A stretch of DNA of 64,000 nt from a virus. Under the pieces are notes generated by a model, which was given only the letters and a program-made list of their open reading frames with translations, made no database searches and was not told where the DNA came from. A program made the translations under genes and the position numbers. Positions 46,146 to 55,221 of the stretch are shown here, in pieces (position 1 is the first letter of the stretch; each line of letters starts with the position of its first letter). The stretch lies in the IMG/VR virus record IMGVR_UViG_3300027963_000048, positions 1 through 64,000 of that record; one strand, given 5' to 3'.

Positions 46146-47949
46146 TGAAATTACGCAGCAGCTTACTTTCAGCGAGGACACTCATTGTAATGCGGGTGTC
46201 GATTGAACGCAAGAGCTTATCTAATGATTCTACAATGATCGCACGGTCGATCGCATCCCATTCGTTAAAGAAATTGTAAGCGCTCTGCTGCTGTTGCAAT
46301 GCCTTTTCTTGCTCTGTTTTGGCCTTGCGTTTCGTGCCGCCTTCGGACGCTTCGTTACGCAAGATCAAAGCGACGGCTTTTAATTTTCCAAGTACCTCGT
46401 TGTATCTGTCTCGGCTCAGTTTATTGCTGTAAGTTAGCTTGCCTGGTGGTGCTACTTTTCCTTCTTTAGCCAGTTCTGTTAATTCTTCCTCTTCCGTCTC
46501 GAAACTGCGACGGATGCCATCAAGTGATAAGACTGGCATTCCGCTACGCAGCCAAGGCGATTTGTATGGTGGGCCTTCTTTGCTTGGTTCTAACTCAGGG
46601 TCTTCCGTCCCAGCGACGTACCAGCCCGGATTACCACGTGGTATTTGGATATTAGATCTTTCTGTGCCTTTGCCAGGGTAACTAGCAGCGGCTTCACCTA
46701 AGATCCGGAGGAGCATCCGGTATTCGGTCTCCTTCACCTTGGTGGTGTCGTAGGTCGATTGACCGCCAGTCGGTAGGCCAAGCTCAGTAAGTTTAGCTAG
46801 ATATGGCGTGTCTTTTATCATGTCTGCGTAGCCGTACAGCATTAACTCTATCATGTCGCTGATCATACCAGGATCTAAGCGATCAGCTTCTTGAGTCATA
46901 CGGTCTGGAACCGACCCTGCGGCTGAGGTGACACCACCTTCGGGGCCTTCCTTGGGCTTATCGAGGCTGGTCGTTTTAATCTGGGTTACGCGGTCCGGCG
47001 TGTCGATTGTACTAAGCATACCGGTGGAAGCACCCTTAGATGACGCCTGATTAAAGAAGTCAATGCGTTCTTGTAGTGCTATTATCCCCTGCAGTGCCTT
47101 TTTGGTAGCTTCCTCGTCTCCTGAGGATGCTATAGCGGCAAACTCTTTACAGGCTTTGACGATGTCGGTGCTGTACCAGCCAAATGGGTTATCTATGTTT
47201 TTGTCACTGCGCGATTCAACGTCGAATGGGGGCTTGACTTGTGCTGCTACCTTTAGCGCTTGCTCTGCGGTAGGATTGTCAATGATCGATTGCAGGCCCT
47301 TTATTCCATATAAAGGGTGGTTTTTGTGTAGTTGCGATGACTTTCCTGATGCAGCCATAGTCTCGGCTGTGCCGCCTAAGCCGTTAAGCATTGCGTGCTT
47401 TACGTCTACCATGAGCCGTTTGATGAATGGTGGTTCGCCTCTGTCTACACCTGGCCGAATCATTTGACTTAGAGCTGTTAGGCCAAGCGAATAATAGTCT
47501 TCCCAAGACCCAGAACGGCTTCCTTTGCCAGCTAGCTTTTTCGCTATGCGATAAACTGGCGCCGATCCGTATGAGCCAGGATTGCGTGGTGATCGTCCCT
47601 TTTCGGTATCACTACGTGTCTGCCCAGTGATAGCTACGGTGGGGTCTCCCGCTACCGCGATGATGAATTGCTCAGGCGTGAATTGCGGCGCTGGCCCGCC
47701 GGGAGCAAAGTCCGGCGGTGGGGTAAAATTCTTGCTGCGCCATTCTTTTGTATAATGCGCCTTGCTATCGAGCGGATTGATCGTATTATGCAATATGTCT
47801 TCTGCATAGCCACGATTATAACCAGCTGCGTAGGGATCTATCCAAGGCGCAGTCTTACTGTCTGCTTCAGAAAGGATCAGCTTAAATGCTGCAGCGCTTT
47901 CAGCTATCAGCCGAGCCAAAGATGCCGATAAAGAAGATTTAAAATCCAT
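46135..47949 (-). CDS. 604-aa protein with diverged sigma-70-like regions 2, 3.2 and 4
   Basis: PVYRIAKKLAGKG..SWEDYYSLGLTAL; TTSLDKP; VKETEYRMLLRILG; LSLDGI...LSRDRYNEV, in canonical order. Confidence 0.5.
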   Translation of the reverse strand: MDFKSSLSASLARLIAESAAAFKLILSEADSKTAPWIDPYAAGYNRGYAEDILHNTINPLDSKAHYTKEWRSKNFTPPPDFAPGGPAPQFTPEQFIIAVAGDPTVAITGQTRSDTEKGRSPRNPGSYGSAPVYRIAKKLAGKGSRSGSWEDYYSLGLTALSQMIRPGVDRGEPPFIKRLMVDVKHAMLNGLGGTAETMAASGKSSQLHKNHPLYGIKGLQSIIDNPTAEQALKVAAQVKPPFDVESRSDKNIDNPFGWYSTDIVKACKEFAAIASSGDEEATKKALQGIIALQERIDFFNQASSKGASTGMLSTIDTPDRVTQIKTTSLDKPKEGPEGGVTSAAGSVPDRMTQEADRLDPGMISDMIELMLYGYADMIKDTPYLAKLTELGLPTGGQSTYDTTKVKETEYRMLLRILGEAAASYPGKGTERSNIQIPRGNPGWYVAGTEDPELEPSKEGPPYKSPWLRSGMPVLSLDGIRRSFETEEEELTELAKEGKVAPPGKLTYSNKLSRDRYNEVLGKLKAVALILRNEASEGGTKRKAKTEQEKALQQQQSAYNFFNEWDAIDRAIIVESLDKLLRSIDTRITMSVLAESKLLRNFIRG

Positions 47950-47959
47950 CGAAGTAACC

Positions 47960-48496
47960 TCATAGCGTTTTATTATTTTTCATGGGAAGGTATAACAGAT
48001 TGTGGTTGACTTTTGCTCGGTCTAGAAACTCACGAAAAGGAAATTCAGTAGGTTGGTAATATAATTCCCGATGCTTCCGTATAAGACAGCTGCGAAGATC
48101 AACAGCTCCAAATTGATCCGTTGCAAATACAACGTCAGCCTTGTAATCGTCCAACGCTTGTTTCATTTTCGATAGTAGATCTTTTGGCTTGACACTATTC
48201 CAATATATGAAGCAAGGACCTAAGCTGTTATGGCTTGCGAGGTTTAGACACGTGCCGACAGTTAAGTCTTCCTCGGTATCATAAATCGACACCATACGCG
48301 CCGCTTCAATATCTAGATCAGCGGCTTTGGTTAAATTACTGGTATTATTAAGCAAGATGATTTCTTTATATGGATAATCTTGCTCTTGAACATTAGAAAG
48401 CAACTCCATGGCGTTATCATGTGCGTCAGGATATACGATTAGGGCCACACTGATTAGTTCAATGTGGCCCGTATGATTAGATTTTTGGAGTGACAT
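47960..48496 (-). CDS. glycosyltransferase GT2-like (diverged, short)
   Basis: LISVAL, QEQDYPYKEIILLNN, TVGTCLNLA; no clear DxD. Confidence 0.6.
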   Translation of the reverse strand: MSLQKSNHTGHIELISVALIVYPDAHDNAMELLSNVQEQDYPYKEIILLNNTSNLTKAADLDIEAARMVSIYDTEEDLTVGTCLNLASHNSLGPCFIYWNSVKPKDLLSKMKQALDDYKADVVFATDQFGAVDLRSCLIRKHRELYYQPTEFPFREFLDRAKVNHNLLYLPMKNNKTL

Positions 48497-48800
48497 TAGT
48501 GAGAATGTACTCGATGATCTTTTTAAGCAGGAAGCTAGCGATCAGTTCCCAAGGGAATAGCAAATGCGGTTGAGGCTCGCCGTTAGCGACGATCTCTATT
48601 AGTGTTAAAGGGTCTTGCTCGGCTGCTTGCGAGACGAATTGTGTGCCCTCTGGAGCACCAAGGATTTGCTTTTGGCAGTAACCTTGTACCACCCAAGCAT
48701 CTAGGGCGAATTGAGCCCGATTCTCTACGACTGTGCCAGCCCTCAACAGCTTTACTACGTTGAGCATTTCTTGAACTGGGACATCTGCCGGATAATTCAT
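48477..48800 (-). CDS. hypothetical protein
   Basis: 107-aa ORF with AAGGAGG RBS. Confidence 0.7.
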   Translation of the reverse strand: MNYPADVPVQEMLNVVKLLRAGTVVENRAQFALDAWVVQGYCQKQILGAPEGTQFVSQAAEQDPLTLIEIVANGEPQPHLLFPWELIASFLLKKIIEYILTNVTPKI

Positions 48801-48845
48801 AAGCCACCTCCTTTTCTAAATGTATGTACTAACGAAATATAAATT

Positions 48846-49109
48846 ATGAAACTAAATCGGATAATAGAAGACAGTAACTTCAATTCAGTCCAACCGGCTG
48901 GAGTAAATTCATGGGCTGGGGCCAAGATGGCACAAGATATCATGGATCCAGAATTACACACGCCCGATAACGAACCCACAGACGTTAACCTATCATCACC
49001 GGGTGCAGAAGAGACTGATCTACTCACTACCAGCATTGATGATACAGAAAAAGCGATGGATACCTTCTCATGGATGATCCCAACCTTCAAGGATCCAACG
49101 GTAAAATGA
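48846..49109 (+). CDS. small hypothetical protein with MKLNRIIED leader
   Basis: 87 aa; ATGA-coupled to the next gene. Confidence 0.6.
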   Translation: MKLNRIIEDSNFNSVQPAGVNSWAGAKMAQDIMDPELHTPDNEPTDVNLSSPGAEETDLLTTSIDDTEKAMDTFSWMIPTFKDPTVK

Positions 49110-49639
49110 CATTCTCAGACACACTTGACCTCCTGATGGTCGACCCGAAGCAAGTTGAACGCAATAGCGTCCTGCAAGACTGCATCCACACTTCGAAAGA
49201 ATTAGAAAAAACGCGCTACAAATTGATGAATCTAGAACATAAGCTCAAGACACTGCACCATAAACTAAATTGCGAGTTAGCTATGCAATTTAGGAAGGAA
49301 TACCCTAATTTAAATATTAATATTCATAGAAACAATTGCAAAGTAGGCTATAAAAGCAAGCATCTTCTACTAAAACCAGACTTCAAGAAGCAATTTTGGA
49401 GCGTCGACAGTGCCGATTCAGCGTTCGCTAACAGATTCAAGCGAGACGCAAGGGCTGTCTTACTGCTGAGTACACCATTGACCGAATTAATAGCCAAAAT
49501 AGCTGAATTTTTCCGTCTAGCCTATAAAAGCTTAGGCGAAGACATAACTGATCATGACGGAGTGTTGATTATCGAAGGTAAATCAGCCAATTTGATGCAA
49601 CTTGTCCAATTTTCGAGGAGCGCCGATGTTATCTCTTAA
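49106..49639 (+). CDS. hypothetical protein
   Basis: ATGA overlap start at 49106. Confidence 0.65.
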   Translation: MTFSDTLDLLMVDPKQVERNSVLQDCIHTSKELEKTRYKLMNLEHKLKTLHHKLNCELAMQFRKEYPNLNINIHRNNCKVGYKSKHLLLKPDFKKQFWSVDSADSAFANRFKRDARAVLLLSTPLTELIAKIAEFFRLAYKSLGEDITDHDGVLIIEGKSANLMQLVQFSRSADVIS

Positions 49640-50489
49640 GAGCATAGTCTCAGTTATTAAGGCAGCGATTGGAAACCAGGCCTCCTACATGCCAGTTTAT
49701 GAAGATACTAACATGTTAAGCTTCGTCGTAGCTGGTAACCAGAAAGACCTGCTACCTGCGATATCAACCGTAAGAGCCAAATGCGAGGCATGGGGCTTGC
49801 ATTGTGAGGACGCCAGAGTCAGAGGTGGGCGAGTTTGCATGATTAGTCACCGAGCCCTTTCCGAGCACGAAACCGCCATCATCGGTTCCTTGCTTGGTGA
49901 GCAGATAAACTTAGGCACCTTTGAAAACAGACTCGACAGGGCGCTCCAAGAAGATCAATTCAAATCAGCGACGTCTGGTATTACCAGAGCGAACCAGTCA
50001 AGTCGTCAGCGGCAGTACTACGACCCGAAAAGGGCAACGTACGCCGGTAAAAGAACACTACCTACAAGAAGAACTGCCGTATCAGAGAGTATACATGGCA
50101 TAGCGACAGCTACCGGCGAACAGCCTAAAGCTCTATTCCAGAAATTCGGAGTCGCATTGAGAAGCCTTGGTAACAATTTAGGGATAGGTGCAATACAAGA
50201 CATCCTAAAATCCAAAGGTATCCAATATAAAAAATCTAATGACGGATTAAGTCTAATATTCACAGTAAAGAACGCACAGACTGGAACTGATATACCAATC
50301 CACCGCATCACATGTGAGACGCTCGAAAGTCCGAACGACTTCCAAGAATCGTTATTGGCTCTTCTAGATATAGCAAGAGGTGATGCACCAGGGTCATTTC
50401 AGGCTAAGCAAGCACAAATGCAAGATATTCAGAAATCAGCCAGAGAGATCTCTACGGCGGTGGCTAGTCCTAACCCTCTGCAACAGTAG
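49626..50489 (+). CDS. hypothetical protein, possible head component
   Basis: GAGGAG RBS; LSE, LQE and VSE sites. Confidence 0.65.
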   Translation: MLSLKSIVSVIKAAIGNQASYMPVYEDTNMLSFVVAGNQKDLLPAISTVRAKCEAWGLHCEDARVRGGRVCMISHRALSEHETAIIGSLLGEQINLGTFENRLDRALQEDQFKSATSGITRANQSSRQRQYYDPKRATYAGKRTLPTRRTAVSESIHGIATATGEQPKALFQKFGVALRSLGNNLGIGAIQDILKSKGIQYKKSNDGLSLIFTVKNAQTGTDIPIHRITCETLESPNDFQESLLALLDIARGDAPGSFQAKQAQMQDIQKSAREISTAVASPNPLQQ

Positions 50490-50495
50490 ACTCAC

Positions 50496-52172
50496 ATGAA
50501 ACTTGCACTTATTCTAGAGGCGAAGCTTAACCGCCCTTGGCTCGAAAAACAGCTCGGTAAAGATAATCCAGCTGTTCAAAAAATCGTGAACACTGATCCA
50601 ACCGAAGGTTCATATTACCAATGGTTGGCATCTTTGTACAAGAAGCGCGGATCAGATGACTTCTTAACTCGGGAATTACGCGCAGACATCGACGAATGGG
50701 ATCGCAATAAACAAGCATTGAAAAATCTTGAAATCAGCAGTGACTTAAACGGCAAGGACTTGACGTACTTGGCGGACAATCTAGAATCATTAAGGTACGA
50801 TAGGGCTTTGAGAGCGTCTACAGGCTTAGGCAGCGGTGTCTATCACCTCAGTAAAGATTATCCAGGCGCTAAAATATTACTGAATGACGGACAGTATATT
50901 CTGTTCGAGATAGCGGGCAAAGACGCAGCTTCGATTGATAGTCTTGAGCGACTTGGGATGGGCACGTCTTGGTGTACTAGAAAAGGCAGTAATATCAGTG
51001 GGGCTGCGCAGCGATATCTAAAATCACGCACGCAGTATGTTCTATATAGGGATAAAAAACCTCTATATCAATTCGATGATAAAGACTTCATGAATGCTAG
51101 AAATGAAAATGTTATCCCTGAGCGTGATGCCGCTTCGAAGATCCTTGATGCCATGGGATATGCGTGTAATGAAGCATTGATGGTGGCTCAGATAGCCTAT
51201 GGCGATCCGAAATCTGTCAATATGACGCAAGACATGGTCAATAAGTACAAGCAAGGTGTATACCGTTTCGATGGAGTTACCGGTTTTCAACGCATTCCAG
51301 CGTTGGAAGCGTTTATCAAGTCAGACATGCACGAATACATCTTGTACGCCACCCAAATTCTAAAAAGGCGCGTGCCGGAAATCGAGGAATGGTTCATTAA
51401 TAATAACAATAAGTTTAGATCCCATACACAGCGCTACTTTACTGACCACTTGACTAACTACCTGTTATCATGCTGCAAATTTGAGGAATGGCCGGAGGGT
51501 GAAGAACTGCTGAAGGAGAATTTGGCTGCATATACACGTTATTTTGTGCAACGCCGCACTCAACCCAACGTGTTAATAGAACGTTCGCCTGAATTGGAAA
51601 AATGGCTGTTAGCCGCCGTTAATTTGGTACCCGTGGATTTTGTAGAAGATGGCAATCTAAATCTGATATTAAATTACCTATGGGACCTCAAAGTTGGAGA
51701 ATGGCCGGAAGGTGAGAAAAGACTCCTTAACAGTGCTAGCTTAGAGGGTTTACGGTATGCTATACACGTACACAAACGTTCCATAGCCGTAGAGAATTGG
51801 CTGGCGGCAGAGTGCTCAATCTTCCATGTCAAGGATTACGTAGCCCATGTGACGGATGGTAAACCGATTCCAGATTTCGAAGATAAAGCCATAGCGGCTA
51901 TGAAGTCCTCTTTAGCAACTAAGCCGCGTGATGGACAGTATCCGTATCCGGAACCTGTTTTCGCAGCGAGGTACGCACTTGAGGTATTAAAGCGACGGTG
52001 GCCTGCTGCTGAAAATATAATCTCGCTTGGTCGGCCTAACCATCCAGACATTGAAGCGTATTTTAAAGAATTCAATTATGCCATGGGTCATCAAGGCTTA
52101 ACTAACCAACCGTCAGGACGTACAGGAATGCCCGGCCAAAAGCCATGGGCTCTGTACAGCGAATCAAAGTAG
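50496..52172 (+). CDS. paralog 1: MKLxLILEA leader, GTxWCT (PcfJ-like?) domain, degenerate helical repeats
   Basis: DPTEGSYYQWL, DLNGKDL, LGMGTSWCTR, WPEGE-type repeats. Confidence 0.8.
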   Translation: MKLALILEAKLNRPWLEKQLGKDNPAVQKIVNTDPTEGSYYQWLASLYKKRGSDDFLTRELRADIDEWDRNKQALKNLEISSDLNGKDLTYLADNLESLRYDRALRASTGLGSGVYHLSKDYPGAKILLNDGQYILFEIAGKDAASIDSLERLGMGTSWCTRKGSNISGAAQRYLKSRTQYVLYRDKKPLYQFDDKDFMNARNENVIPERDAASKILDAMGYACNEALMVAQIAYGDPKSVNMTQDMVNKYKQGVYRFDGVTGFQRIPALEAFIKSDMHEYILYATQILKRRVPEIEEWFINNNNKFRSHTQRYFTDHLTNYLLSCCKFEEWPEGEELLKENLAAYTRYFVQRRTQPNVLIERSPELEKWLLAAVNLVPVDFVEDGNLNLILNYLWDLKVGEWPEGEKRLLNSASLEGLRYAIHVHKRSIAVENWLAAECSIFHVKDYVAHVTDGKPIPDFEDKAIAAMKSSLATKPRDGQYPYPEPVFAARYALEVLKRRWPAAENIISLGRPNHPDIEAYFKEFNYAMGHQGLTNQPSGRTGMPGQKPWALYSESK

Positions 52173-52185
52173 GCACGGAGATCAC

Positions 52186-53649
52186 ATGAAACTATCACTC
52201 ATACTAGAGGCTAAACTTAATCGCCCCTGGCTCGAAAAACAGCTCGGTATAGATAATCCAGCTGTTCAAAAAATCGTAGACACCGACCCAACTGGCGGAT
52301 CTTATTACAAATGGTTAACTGCGCTTTATCAAAAGTCGCAATCCGATGATTTTCTCACGCCCGAATTAAAAGCCGACATCGGAGAATGGGCCAATAACGC
52401 AAGAGCTATCAAAAGTGCAGGATTAAGCTCAGACTTGAACGGTAAAGATCTCGCATACTTCTATGACGTGCTAGCAAAAATGCGGCAGTATAAAGCCATT
52501 AAAGCCTCACACACTAAAAATAGTGGGGCCTATTATTTATTCAATAATTATCCAGGGGCCGAAGCTATTTATAATGACGGCAATTATATCATGTTTAAAG
52601 TCGAAGGCAAGAACGAAGAATCGATAGACAGCTTGCAGAAACTCGGAATCGGAACCGGATGGTGCACCAGGCTAGGCGGCGATGTGGAGGGTGCCGCTGA
52701 AGAATACTTATCTGATACGCAATATGTGTTGTATAAAAATGGTGAGCCTATCTGTCAATTCAGTAGACAAGACTTTAAAGATGTGCGTGATGAAGAATAC
52801 AAGCCACCTGCTGATGTGTTACGATTAATACTTAAAGTGGTCGGCCCAATTAATGATCAATTAAAGACGCTAGAGATAGGACAAAGGATAGCTGAATCAA
52901 ACAACTTCGCCGATGCATCACCCGAAGACCTGTGTCGCTATGCTGTGGCCATGAAACAGCGGTGGCCAGAAGCTGAGCCAATCATTAAAACATCACCAAA
53001 GTGGGCCCGAGAATACGCATTAAACGTCTTAGGGGAAACGTGGCCTGACGCCGAACCGTATATCATGACAGACCCTCAGTCTGCCGTGGTTTATGCTATA
53101 CATCTAAAGGGTCGATGGCCGGAAGCTGAAAAATATATCAAGCAAGATCCCGGATATGCTATACTATACGCTAGAAAATTATTTAATAAAGGCGAACGAT
53201 TTCTTGAAGCCGAGCCGTATATCGAAAAGGACGCTCGCATGGCGTTCGAATACGCCCAAAGAATCATAAAAGGTGAATGGCCAGACGCAGAAAAGTATAT
53301 CATGCAGGATCCTCAGGTGGCCTACAATTATGCTGCTTACGTGAGGGAAGACCGCTGGCCAGCAGCTGAACCCATCATAATGCGAGATCCTCAGGTAGCA
53401 TACAAGTATGCTTATGCTTTCATAAATGGTGAATGGCCAGAGGCGGAACCATACATAATGACTGAACCATATACAGCATATGCTTACGCTAGGTTTCTAA
53501 AAAGGGAGCGATGGCCAGAGGCCGAACCGTACATCAAGAAGAATCCCGAGGCCGCTAAACTTTATTTTGATTGGGTTAATAAGGATATCAGCAGAGGTGC
53601 GGACGCCTATGATGACTCGTCGAGTTGGGTTGATGCACGAAATATATAA
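52186..53649 (+). CDS. paralog 2: same N-domain plus 8 regular WPxAE helical repeats
   Basis: LGIGTGWCTR; repeats such as RWPEAEPYIxxDPxxAxxYA. Confidence 0.8.
   Translation: MKLSLILEAKLNRPWLEKQLGIDNPAVQKIVDTDPTGGSYYKWLTALYQKSQSDDFLTPELKADIGEWANNARAIKSAGLSSDLNGKDLAYFYDVLAKMRQYKAIKASHTKNSGAYYLFNNYPGAEAIYNDGNYIMFKVEGKNEESIDSLQKLGIGTGWCTRLGGDVEGAAEEYLSDTQYVLYKNGEPICQFSRQDFKDVRDEEYKPPADVLRLILKVVGPINDQLKTLEIGQRIAESNNFADASPEDLCRYAVAMKQRWPEAEPIIKTSPKWAREYALNVLGETWPDAEPYIMTDPQSAVVYAIHLKGRWPEAEKYIKQDPGYAILYARKLFNKGERFLEAEPYIEKDARMAFEYAQRIIKGEWPDAEKYIMQDPQVAYNYAAYVREDRWPAAEPIIMRDPQVAYKYAYAFINGEWPEAEPYIMTEPYTAYAYARFLKRERWPEAEPYIKKNPEAAKLYFDWVNKDISRGADAYDDSSSWVDARNI
52960..53570 (+). repeat. 8 tandem ~25-28 aa repeats, (R/E/T)WP(E/D/A)AE(P/K)(Y/I)IxxDPxxAxxYA
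   Basis: Counted directly in the translation; one copy reads RFLEAE. Confidence 0.9.
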
Positions 53650-53691
53650 GCGCTAGAGAAAGCCAAACAATATAGAGCCATCAAAGCCTAA
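53650..53691 (+). pseudogene. intergenic remnant of another paralog
   Basis: Translates ALEKAKQYRAIKA*, matching ALEKIREHKAIKA and LAKMRQYKAIKA in paralogs 3 and 2. Confidence 0.65.
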
Positions 53692-53770
53692 ACCACCACG
53701 GCCACTAGCCGCTTCCTGCGCTCATATCATAGCAAATTTAACATGTACCCAATTTACAGGTATTCATAAA

Positions 53771-55177
53771 ATGAAGTTATCACTTATCCTAGAGGCGAAG
53801 CTTAATCATACTTGGCTCGAAAAACAGCTCGGTAAAGATCACCCAGCAGTGCAAAAAATCGTAGACACGGATCCGACCGGTGGCTTTTATTATGAATGGT
53901 TGGTGCAAAGATTTAAACAAGCGAACACAGACCAATTTCTAACACCGCAATTGCGAGATTCAATCGTCGAATGGGATAGAAACAAGCAAGTGCTGCGTAA
54001 TCTAAATATCGATGCTGACTTAAATGGTAAAAATTTAGCTTATTTTAATGATGCTTTAGAAAAGATCCGAGAACATAAGGCCATTAAAGCATCATCAGTG
54101 CGCGGTTCAGGCGTGACGCACATGGGCACGGAGTACCCAGGCGCAAAGGTCATATATGATGATGGTCAGTATGTTCTCTTTAAAATCGAAGGTACGAGCC
54201 CAGAGGCAATCGACAGCTTAGAGCGATTGGGAGTGGGTACTCGTTGGTGCACGAGAAGAGGCGGTAGAGTTAATAAGGCAGCTGAACATTTAAGCACAGA
54301 CACACAGTATGTGCTTTACAAAGATAAAAAGCCATTATATCAATTCGACTCTAGTGAATTTAAGGACACTCACAATCTTCCCGAATATAGCATACCAGAC
54401 AAAGCGTCAGCGCTCATAATGTTAGACTATGTGGGACCTATCAACGATACTCTAAAATTCGCCGCTGCAGTTTACGAATACGATACCTCAATGCTGTCTG
54501 AAGTGCCTGAAATTCTTGCTCGTTACCTGAGTGGAAACTTACCGACTTTCATTCAACCATCTGAAGTGATTGAGCAGTATCTATTACAACAATGCGAAAA
54601 TGGCGAGGACGAAGAGGCAGCTTACCATCTCATCGATTATGCAAAACACTACAGAGTAGGCCGTTGGCCAGCGGCAGAGCCGTATTTGATACATGATCCT
54701 AAAACGGCATATGCTTACGCTGATAGAGTCATCGGTGGTCGATGGCTCGAAGCTGAATCTATCATTGCCAAAAGCGCTACTGCCGTTAGCTACGCCATTG
54801 CCTTCTTCGGGGGTGACAGATGGCTTGAAGCCGAACCATATCTGCTTAACGAAGGTGAGGTAATACATGCCATACTCTATGCTGGTAAAGTATTAGAAGG
54901 GCGCTGGCCAGCTCTAGAGCATCGTATCGCAAAAATGGATCAGCCGCTGTTTGCCATGATGGAATACACAAGGTTGGTACTCAATCGCCTTCCAAATGGC
55001 CCAAAGTCGCTGCCTGAATTTGAGCAAGCTGTGATCAACGATCCTTACAAAGCATATAATTATGCTAGGCGTGTTATTAACGCAAGGTGGCCAGAAGCAG
55101 AACCTATAATTATGGCGTCGAAATATGCAAATGATTACCAACACTGGCTAACAGCCAAAGAGGCGCTACCGTTTTAA
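53771..55177 (+). CDS. paralog 3: same N-domain plus WPxAE/WLEAE repeats
   Basis: LGVGTRWCTR; RWPAAEPYL, RWLEAE repeats. Confidence 0.8.
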   Translation: MKLSLILEAKLNHTWLEKQLGKDHPAVQKIVDTDPTGGFYYEWLVQRFKQANTDQFLTPQLRDSIVEWDRNKQVLRNLNIDADLNGKNLAYFNDALEKIREHKAIKASSVRGSGVTHMGTEYPGAKVIYDDGQYVLFKIEGTSPEAIDSLERLGVGTRWCTRRGGRVNKAAEHLSTDTQYVLYKDKKPLYQFDSSEFKDTHNLPEYSIPDKASALIMLDYVGPINDTLKFAAAVYEYDTSMLSEVPEILARYLSGNLPTFIQPSEVIEQYLLQQCENGEDEEAAYHLIDYAKHYRVGRWPAAEPYLIHDPKTAYAYADRVIGGRWLEAESIIAKSATAVSYAIAFFGGDRWLEAEPYLLNEGEVIHAILYAGKVLEGRWPALEHRIAKMDQPLFAMMEYTRLVLNRLPNGPKSLPEFEQAVINDPYKAYNYARRVINARWPEAEPIIMASKYANDYQHWLTAKEALPF

Positions 55178-55221
55178 TAGTCGATCAATAAATAAAGCAC
55201 ACGCTACTGCAGGATTTGATT

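Noticed and set aside
52960-53570. Diversity-generating retroelement TR/VR pair or CRISPR array
   Set aside because: The repeats are in-frame protein repeats with mismatches at all bases rather than only adenines; there is no reverse transcriptase, cas gene or repeat-spacer structure in the window.
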